A stretch of 32,000 nt of DNA from Nostoc sp. PCC 7120 = FACHB-418 (GTDB taxonomy: Bacteria > Cyanobacteriota > Cyanobacteriia > Cyanobacteriales > Nostocaceae): contig NC_003267.1 of NCBI RefSeq assembly GCF_000009705.1, forward strand, positions 1 through 32,000, in the 5' to 3' direction. Below are positions 1 to 6,596 of this stretch, one piece after another. The stretch's first letter is position 1. Each line of letters opens with the position of its first letter. The position numbers and the translations under genes were made by a program. The notes under the pieces are model-generated. The model ran no database searches and was not told the origin of the DNA. It saw nothing but the letters and a program-made list of their open reading frames with translations.

Positions 1-257
1 CCTAGGAAAATTCCTCTATCTTCTACAATGCACACGCATTACATTGACTTCCCTAACTATTGATTTGAAAATTTAATCAAAACCTTAGTTAGATAAAGAT
101 AAGTTTTCACCTCTTATTTAAAAGTTAAGTTAAGAATCGAGTTCTTTTAGGTTAAAAAAAGATTAGGTACAGCAACTTATGTGGTATCGAGCCACCCCTA
201 TACAAAATATCTGAGGGAAACCTCAGAATAACGGTGCAAGCCAACGTTTTAATATCT

Positions 258-285
258 CCGGCTAGTTATAGCTATAACTAGCCGG
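258..285. repeat. 28-bp perfect palindrome CCGGCTAGTTA-TAGCTA-TAACTAGCCGG; candidate recombination core site
   Basis: The 28-mer equals its own reverse complement. It has 11-bp arms around a 6-bp centre (dif/att-type geometry) and lies 248 bp upstream of the tyrosine recombinase gene. The sequence is certain; the function is inferred. Confidence 0.4.
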
Positions 286-532
286 GTAAGCGCACAGCAA
301 ATAGACGTGATGAAGTAATCTATTTAAGAGATATTATGGGTTTTTACATAGGAGTTAAAGTATTTGCGAATATCCGCAACGCCTAGTAAGTATTCATCAC
401 CCAGTTGAAACTGTTAAAAATTTTTTGGGACAGATAGATCAACTTTGGGGCAAACAAGTGAAAAACTTAGGACTTGTATCCCTATTTAGGATATAAGGTT
501 ACGTAAATACCTATTATCGTCACCTACGTTTT

Positions 533-1501
533 ATGTCTGGTCGCATCGTTAAAGTCAATAATAATACTCTACCTTCCGTGCTGGATTGGTGGACTCAGCC
601 TGATGTGCTGGCGATGTTGTTGGCAGAGAAGCGCAGTCAGTCTACCCGTAGAGCTTACGACCGGGACATTCAAGATTTTTTTGCCAAGATGTTTGGGGTG
701 GAATTGACGGCGGAATGGGTGGTGCGATTTTTGGCACTGCCGGGGGCGCAAGCCTTGGGGTGGGTGGTCAAGTATAAAGCCAAGATGATTGAGCAGGGGT
801 TATCGGAGGCCACGGTGAACCGGCGGTTGTCAGCTCTACGGGCGTTGGTGCATAAGGGTAGGCTGTTGGGAGTTTGTGGTTACACCTTGGAGGATATTAA
901 GGGTGAGACTGTCATTAAGTACCGAGATACCAGTGGGATTACTCCCCAGGAATTTAAGCAGATACTTTTGACTTGCGACCGGACGACGGCGAAGGGGGTT
1001 AGGGATTATGCTCTGCTGCGCTTGCTTTGGGATAATGCGCTGCGCCGGGGGGAGATTGCAAAGTTAAAGATGGGGGATTTTGACCGTCAAAATAGCAAAC
1101 TGTTGATTTTGGGTAAGGGCAGGGGTAGTCAGCGAGAGGCGATTGATTTGACTCCCAAGACTAGGGATGCGATTTGTTATTGGTTGGCGTTTCGGGGGTT
1201 GGCTTCAACTAAAGATGCGTTGTTTGTGGCGTTAGATCCGAATACGCCGGGGCATCCTTTATCGGATACGGGGTTGGCCAAGATGGTGAGAACGCGGGCC
1301 AAAAAAGCCGGGATTACTAAGCCGTTATCACCGCACCGCATTCGGCACAGTTCGATTACGGCGGCGTTGGATGCGGGGCAGAGTGTGCGGGAGGTGCAGA
1401 AGCTGAGTCGGCACACTAAGTTGGAGACGTTGATGATTTATGACGATAATCGACAGCAGCACCAGTTGAAGGTGAGTAGTGTGTTGGCGGATTTGGTTTG
1501 A
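533..1501 (+). CDS. tyrosine site-specific recombinase (phage integrase / Xer-like family)
   Basis: 322-aa ORF with catalytic-domain signatures ALRRGE (Arg I), HRIRHSSIT (H-x-x-R) and SRHTKLETLMIYD (His plus nucleophile Tyr). An N-terminal core-binding-like region precedes them. Confidence 0.9.
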   Translation: MSGRIVKVNNNTLPSVLDWWTQPDVLAMLLAEKRSQSTRRAYDRDIQDFFAKMFGVELTAEWVVRFLALPGAQALGWVVKYKAKMIEQGLSEATVNRRLSALRALVHKGRLLGVCGYTLEDIKGETVIKYRDTSGITPQEFKQILLTCDRTTAKGVRDYALLRLLWDNALRRGEIAKLKMGDFDRQNSKLLILGKGRGSQREAIDLTPKTRDAICYWLAFRGLASTKDALFVALDPNTPGHPLSDTGLAKMVRTRAKKAGITKPLSPHRIRHSSITAALDAGQSVREVQKLSRHTKLETLMIYDDNRQQHQLKVSSVLADLV

Positions 1502-1568
1502 TGGGGTCTAGTTCCACCGCACGCTCGTTGATTAGTTCTGGGTGTCACAATTATTGTTTGTCACGACT

Positions 1569-2423
1569 TTATATATTAGTAACTATCTGATTTTCTGACG
1601 GATGTTTGTAATGAGGTTGATTAATCGGGGGACATAAATAGTCAAAAGAATTATCAGTATGTTCCAGTTGCATATTCCGGGGCGCATTTAAAGCAATAAC
1701 TGCATCACCAATCTTTGCACAACGCTTGCAGTCACAGGCTGCTGCTCCTTGAGCCAATATCTCTTTGAGATTATCAACAATTTTGATAAATCCCCTGGTA
1801 TTTGAATTCTTGGGTAATTGGGAGGCAATTTGAACTAATTGCTCAATTTCTGAACGGTATTGCACTAAAAGAAACTGGTCAATTTGACATTGGCTGCGAC
1901 AAGTCTCTACATCTCCAAATTCATCAGCAAATTGCTTTAATCCTGCTGCTGCATTTTGCAAATCAAGGTTAAGGGGTACAAGGGCGCGGGTGCAGGCGGT
2001 AGCATCAGTGTTGGTGTTGTTAAATTTTTTTCTGAGTAGCAGTTCAAAACGTTTAATATAAATTCCTAAAACAGCTAGGGCTTTTTCTTTATCTTCGGGA
2101 CTGCTAAAGTTGAGTTGATGGGTGCTAAAAAGTTGGGGTATAAGTTGTAAAATAGCTTTGAGTTCGCTAGCTTTAAATCTATTACTCCACAGAGTAATAG
2201 CATCTCCAATATTGTTGATAGTTTCTAGGCGCAGGACAAAGTAGAAGGAAATAAGATTAATTAGATAACTGCGCTTCATCTCCATCTGCACATAGTTAGA
2301 GATGTAAAGTTGTTGGTCAGTAAATTGAGATTTAAAATACTGCTTATAAACTTGTGTACCTAGTAGCAGAGAACGTAGAACCGAGGTGTCTAAAAAGTGT
2401 TGAGGAATAGAATTATCATCCAT
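1569..2423 (-). CDS. PIN-like nuclease domain protein with a large Cys-rich insertion
   Basis: All four PIN acidic signatures are present in order: HFLDTSVL (D), YVQMEMKR (E), KIGDAVIALNA (D), LEHTDNSFDYL (D). About 190 aa separate the second and third, against roughly 50 in canonical VapC. The insert carries ATAC, CRSQC and CDCKRC cysteine motifs. The ATG lies 6 nt after the stop of the upstream gene, with GAGGAA inside that gene's 3' end. Confidence 0.6.
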   Translation of the reverse strand: MDDNSIPQHFLDTSVLRSLLLGTQVYKQYFKSQFTDQQLYISNYVQMEMKRSYLINLISFYFVLRLETINNIGDAITLWSNRFKASELKAILQLIPQLFSTHQLNFSSPEDKEKALAVLGIYIKRFELLLRKKFNNTNTDATACTRALVPLNLDLQNAAAGLKQFADEFGDVETCRSQCQIDQFLLVQYRSEIEQLVQIASQLPKNSNTRGFIKIVDNLKEILAQGAAACDCKRCAKIGDAVIALNAPRNMQLEHTDNSFDYLCPPINQPHYKHPSENQIVTNI

Positions 2424-2429
2424 TCTGAG

Positions 2430-2840
2430 TTATTCCTCATCTTCATTTGTATCTAGGTTATCGTCAATGTTTACACCAAATGGTAGGGTATCAAAGCCTA
2501 AGTTTTCTAAAGTTAAAATGGCTGATTCGACTGAGGAATTGTTAATGGTTTCTTGATTTACTAGGGATGTTAATAATTCACAAACTCCCTTGTACTGATT
2601 GACATTATAATCAATCCATCGGTTTTGAAAGAAGAGTGCATCATGCAGTGCCATTACCACTTCTGTATAGGGGTCAAAAGGTAATTTATCGCGCAACGAG
2701 CGCATGGTACGCAGTAGATTGTCTGCATAGACGGCTGCTATTGGTTCTCCAGTATATTGCTGAAGTTTATGTAAATCTCCTAAGAGAGTTTTGGTAATTT
2801 CTACTCCTGAAACTTCTAAGACTGTCTGTTCAGTATTCAT
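2430..2840 (-). CDS. hypothetical acidic protein, translationally coupled partner of the PIN-like gene
   Basis: 136-aa ORF with a strongly acidic C-terminal tail (NIDDNLDTNEDEE). It sits immediately upstream of, and on the same strand as, 1569..2423. No recognisable DNA-binding motif. Confidence 0.6.
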   Translation of the reverse strand: MNTEQTVLEVSGVEITKTLLGDLHKLQQYTGEPIAAVYADNLLRTMRSLRDKLPFDPYTEVVMALHDALFFQNRWIDYNVNQYKGVCELLTSLVNQETINNSSVESAILTLENLGFDTLPFGVNIDDNLDTNEDEE

Positions 2841-2995
2841 TGTTTTTATTTAACAGTAAGTTCAGTTTATTTGGAGCTAATTGACATTTTATAGGGTAGA
2901 TTTCTGGAATGAAACCGCAGTTGGGATATGCTCTCTAGCAACCCTAGCGGCAATACCTAAGTCTACAGGTGACTCTATTTTCTAGTCTATTAATT

Positions 2996-3343
2996 TTATT
3001 CCTCAAGATACTCTACCACCGCCGTCAGGTCTGCCATAGCTTGATTAAATCGATTTAACATTGCTTGGGCTACTTCTGGGTCAGCGTTGACCGTTGCTAG
3101 TTTTTCCCGTACACAACGGTCAAGGGCTTGTAGCCATAATGACAAGCCTGTATGCTGAATTGCTGATAATAACCCCATATTGGTGAGAACAGCCAAGTGA
3201 AACCCAAGTTGGTCTTGTCCGCCATAGCCGAGATATCCGTTTCTCAGTTCCAGCTTTTCTGGGGTAAATTCTACATACTGTTCAAAGGTAATACCAGCTT
3301 TTTCTAGCTGGGGTTGGGGCAATGCAGGTTGAGATTGAGTCAT
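2996..3343 (-). CDS. hypothetical protein
   Basis: 115-aa ORF with no overlapping competitor, divergent from the 3604 gene. No motif I can assign. Confidence 0.55.
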   Translation of the reverse strand: MTQSQPALPQPQLEKAGITFEQYVEFTPEKLELRNGYLGYGGQDQLGFHLAVLTNMGLLSAIQHTGLSLWLQALDRCVREKLATVNADPEVAQAMLNRFNQAMADLTAVVEYLEE

Positions 3344-3562
3344 AACACAATTATTTTAAGTAATCATCGTGTGGAATTCGAGGGAATGCTGCTGCTCGAT
3401 GGCTGTTTCTTAGTAGCAGGGCAAAAACGGTTTGATTGCCAAATTAGATTGGTGAAAAGCTTTAACTTCCTGTGACGGTCAATTTTCACTGCGACATACC
3501 ACCCACTATGGTTAATCATGCTCTCAAAATATTAAGATGAGAGCCACCTAAATAAAGAAACC

Positions 3563-3590
3563 TTAGCTTCTACAACATTGTAGAAGCTAA
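3563..3590. promoter_or_regulatory. inverted repeat TTAGCTTCTACAA-CA-TTGTAGAAGCTAA (13-bp arms, 2-bp spacer)
   Basis: Read directly. It ends 13 nt before the ATG at 3604, so it would act as an operator or a 5'-UTR hairpin for the ORF that heads the parAB gene string. Confidence 0.4.
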
Positions 3591-3603
3591 CTGCTATACC
3601 CCC

Positions 3604-4245
3604 ATGAAACAGAAAAGTTATCAGGCAGCATACGCCACCAAAATCAAAAAGTGGGTTGAAACAGCTAAAGAACTTCGCACCGAAAATTTTAGGTTAGCAC
3701 TACCTATCACACGATTGACTAGCATCAAAAGCCTTTGTCATGATGAAATTGCCGCAGAGCAATTTGCTCTCTACCTCTCAAAACGGGTTCAGCAGCAAAT
3801 AAACGATGCCGACTGTCCTAGCCACAAGAGTCCTGAAGAATGGGAGACGTACAAAAATCTGATTACTGATGCTATTGCTCAGATGGAACTTTACCTGGAA
3901 ACTCCCACTCTTGAGGGAAAGCAATCCCTTCGTCAGCTGTTAAGACAAATCGATGAGTTGCAAGGAGACGATTATCGTCATGTCCCCTGGGCTACTGTAC
4001 GTTTTGTCAAGAGCGGTGAACTGCTCAAACTAGATTATGCTATACGCTGTTTTGTTGAGCAGGATTTTTCCTACTATGCTTATAAATTAGCTAGGGAATT
4101 CATAGAAGGCTATAAACCTGAATATGGCACAGGTTTGATTCCCGACTCCGTTCCTATGCTGCTGGAAGTGGCTGAGTTTTGGTGTCAGTATTATTTTAGA
4201 CAAAATCTGACCCAGAAGTTTCCCAAATTGATGATCTCAACATAA
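3604..4245 (+). CDS. hypothetical helical protein upstream of parA
   Basis: 213-aa ORF on the same strand as parA, 41 bp upstream of it. No recognised motif. Confidence 0.6.
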   Translation: MKQKSYQAAYATKIKKWVETAKELRTENFRLALPITRLTSIKSLCHDEIAAEQFALYLSKRVQQQINDADCPSHKSPEEWETYKNLITDAIAQMELYLETPTLEGKQSLRQLLRQIDELQGDDYRHVPWATVRFVKSGELLKLDYAIRCFVEQDFSYYAYKLAREFIEGYKPEYGTGLIPDSVPMLLEVAEFWCQYYFRQNLTQKFPKLMIST

Positions 4246-4286
4246 ACTATGCTGTAAAGGCAAAACAAAAAGCTCAGATTACACCA

Positions 4287-5039
4287 GTGACTAAAGTCAT
4301 CACCGTCTTCAACCAAGCCGGCGGAGTCATGAAAACCAGCCTCACCATGAACCTCGGCTACCACCTGCACTTGAAAAAACATAAAACGCTGCTCATCGAC
4401 CTAGACCCACAGGGAAGTCTGACAACTTTTATGGGTTTAGAACCACACGAACTTGAACACATTGTTGGTGATGCGATTCTCAATGAAGAAACGCCATTAC
4501 CAATTCATCATGATTTACATGGTATGGATTTATTACCTGCCAATATTTCTCTGAGTGCGGTGGAACTACAACTAGCTAGCGTGATGGCGCGGGAGATTCG
4601 GCTCAAGCAAGCGTTAGAACCTATATGCAATCAATATGATTTCATCCTCATCGACTGTCCGCCATCCTTGGGAGTATTAAGCATTTTAGGTCTGACAGCA
4701 GGAACTCATGTTTTAATTCCTATCCAGACACACTTCAAAGCTTTCAAAGGAACGGAATTGCTGCTCGATACAATTAAACAGGTGCGAAAACACGTTAATC
4801 CTCAGTTAGCGATATCAGGAATAGTTCCTACACTTTATAGCAACGCCAATCAAGATAAAGTTATTTTGGAAGCTTTAGAACAGCAGTTATCACCTCTAGC
4901 TAAGGTATATCCGGCAATTCCTCGCGCTACCGCATTTGCGGATGCGGCAATGAGTCGTCAACCTCTAGCAGTTTATGCCCCAAAACATCCAGCAATTACA
5001 GTTTTAAAGAAAATTGCTCAAGGAATGGAGAAGTTGTAA
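4287..5039 (+). CDS. parA: ParA/Soj-family partition ATPase with atypical Walker A
   Basis: GTG start. Has LLIDLDPQGS (A' motif) and DFILIDCPPS (Walker B). The P-loop reads NQAGGVMKTS where ParA/MinD proteins have xKGGxGKT/S. The stop overlaps the parB start (TAATG). Confidence 0.88.
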   Translation: MTKVITVFNQAGGVMKTSLTMNLGYHLHLKKHKTLLIDLDPQGSLTTFMGLEPHELEHIVGDAILNEETPLPIHHDLHGMDLLPANISLSAVELQLASVMAREIRLKQALEPICNQYDFILIDCPPSLGVLSILGLTAGTHVLIPIQTHFKAFKGTELLLDTIKQVRKHVNPQLAISGIVPTLYSNANQDKVILEALEQQLSPLAKVYPAIPRATAFADAAMSRQPLAVYAPKHPAITVLKKIAQGMEKL

Positions 5040-5983
5040 TGACGAAAAAACGCCTGGAAGTCCCCAAGATGCGCGGCGTTGAAGATTTATTAACTATGGA
5101 TGTGGACGCATCTCCAATTACTACTATTTCTATCCACAAAATTCGAGTTGCCAAACAACCACGCCGTTGGTTTGACCCCGAAAAAATGTCACACCTTGTG
5201 CAGTCGGTACGGGAACACGGGATTTTAGAACCCTTGTTAGTCCGTCCACTCGGCAATGGAGAATATGAATTAATTGCAGGGGAAAGGCGACTGAGGGCAG
5301 CCCTGGAAGCTTCCTTAGCTGAAGTCCCAATTGTGAGTAAGGAACTGACTGATAAACAAGCTCTGCAAGTCGCTTTACTTGAAAATTTACAGCGCGAAGA
5401 CTTAAACCCAGTAGAAGAAGTTGAAGCCATACTGGAACTTTTGGCGATAGATTTAGATGTCAGCATTGAAGATGTCAAATCAATTCTCAACGAAGCTGCC
5501 AATGCAAAAAAACGTAATTTGGAGTTGACGGGAAACGTTTCCCGTCAACTCGAACAGATTGAATTTATCTTGGCTGGCATTGGTAAATTTAATGCGGAAA
5601 GCTTTCGGACAAGCCGTCTGCCGTTGCTCTCTTTGCCAGCAGATGTCATGGAAGTGTTGCGTCAGGGTCAGCTTGAATTTACTAAGGCACGAACCATAGC
5701 ACGAGTCAAAGACCAGCAACAGCGTGCTGATCTTCTATCTTCAGCAATTACTCAAAATCTGTCATTAACTCAAATTAAGGAATTAATCAAGCAACTGGAA
5801 TCAGCCCAGACTACACCAGCAGCAGCGACACCAGAAAAGGTATTGAGCAAACGTTATACAGAAATAGGCAAGCGTTTACAACAAACAAAGTTGTGGAAGG
5901 ACGATAAAAAACGCAAGAAGTTAGAGCGGCTGTTGAATGACTTAGAAAAGCTGCTCGACGAATCCGAGATGTCGAATAACTAA
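5039..5983 (+). CDS. parB: ParB/Spo0J-family centromere-binding protein
   Basis: ParB-box motifs LLVRPL..GEYELIAGERRLRAA and LLENLQREDLNP. Translationally coupled to parA. Contains one copy of the 24-bp palindrome. Confidence 0.9.
   Translation: MTKKRLEVPKMRGVEDLLTMDVDASPITTISIHKIRVAKQPRRWFDPEKMSHLVQSVREHGILEPLLVRPLGNGEYELIAGERRLRAALEASLAEVPIVSKELTDKQALQVALLENLQREDLNPVEEVEAILELLAIDLDVSIEDVKSILNEAANAKKRNLELTGNVSRQLEQIEFILAGIGKFNAESFRTSRLPLLSLPADVMEVLRQGQLEFTKARTIARVKDQQQRADLLSSAITQNLSLTQIKELIKQLESAQTTPAAATPEKVLSKRYTEIGKRLQQTKLWKDDKKRKKLERLLNDLEKLLDESEMSNN
5525..5548. promoter_or_regulatory. 24-bp perfect palindrome TTGACGGGAAACGTTTCCCGTCAA, candidate parS (copy 1, inside parB)
   Basis: Read directly; perfect self-complement. 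Encodes LTGNVSRQ of ParB. Confidence 0.6.
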
Positions 5984-6067
5984 TTATTGGTAGTCTTGAG
6001 TCCTTAATGCTACTTGGCGGTGGATAGACCAAAGGAATGTACATCAATAATTAGCCAATCCTATGCT

Positions 6068-6244
6068 AAAAAACGTCATTTGGGGTTGACGGGAAACGTT
6101 TCCCGTCAACTCGAACAGATTGGATTTATCTTGGCTGGCATTGGTAAATTTAATGCGTCAAGCTTTGGGACAAGCCGCCTGCCATTGCTCTCTTCACCAG
6201 CAGATGTAATGGAAGTATTGCATCAGCGTCAGTTTGAATTTACT
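6068..6244 (+). pseudogene. decayed duplicate of an internal parB segment (matches 5507..5683)
   Basis: About 90 percent nucleotide identity by eye over about 177 nt. The translation KKRHLGLTGNVSRQLEQIGFILAGIGKFNASSFGTSRLPLLSSPADVMEVLHQRQFEFT parallels ParB KKRNLELTGNVSRQLEQIEFILAGIGKFNAESFRTSRLPLLSLPADVMEVLRQGQLEFT. It lacks the rest of ParB. Confidence 0.75.
6086..6109. promoter_or_regulatory. 24-bp perfect palindrome, candidate parS (copy 2)
   Basis: Identical 24-mer TTGACGGGAAACGTTTCCCGTCAA. Confidence 0.6.
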
Positions 6245-6433
6245 GTACGAAGTGCTGCTAGCGGAACGGGGCGTGAGTAGCGTGCTGAGTGAAAATCCTA
6301 ATCCCCAATCCCCAGTGCCTCTTTTATGCTAGGCAGTAAAACTTATTTCCTTGGGACTACCTTATCTCAACTACCAATATTTACACTCTTCTACTTACAT
6401 CACAAATTACTAATCCTATGCAAACAAGGTGAT

Positions 6434-6488
6434 TTTAAGTTGACGGGAAACGTTTCCCGTCAAGTCCAACAGATTGAATTTATCTTGC
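6434..6488 (+). repeat. third, shorter copy of the parB-derived segment carrying the palindrome
   Basis: The stretch ...GTTGACGGGAAACGTTTCCCGTCAAGTCCAACAGATTGAATTTATCTTG matches parB 5521..5575 with a few substitutions. Confidence 0.7.
6440..6463. promoter_or_regulatory. 24-bp perfect palindrome, candidate parS (copy 3)
   Basis: Identical 24-mer. Confidence 0.6.
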
Positions 6489-6596
6489 ACCAAATGTCAA
6501 AAAATTGCATTACTTCCTCCTTAAGCTTGGTTGCAATCTCTCTAAAACCAGTGCTGAGAAACCTTTGATCACAATGTTCTGACCGTAGGCGATCGC

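Noticed and set aside
20-28. CTTCTACAA at the window start matching one arm of the 3563..3590 inverted repeat
   Set aside because: It is only a 9-bp match. About 0.2 such matches are expected by chance in 32 kb on both strands, so it is not evidence for a second operator.
4996-5719. Minus-strand ORFs 4996..5502 (168 aa), 5130..5330 and 5480..5719, opposite parB
   Set aside because: They are Ser/Cys/Arg-rich antisense translations of a gene with clear ParB motifs on the plus strand.
6014-6568. ORFs 6014..6280 (88 aa) and 6326..6568 (80 aa) as genuine small genes
   Set aside because: Their only conserved parts are copies of the parB internal segment around the 24-bp palindrome. The rest is unrelated read-through, so they are better explained as parB-fragment duplications kept for the DNA site.
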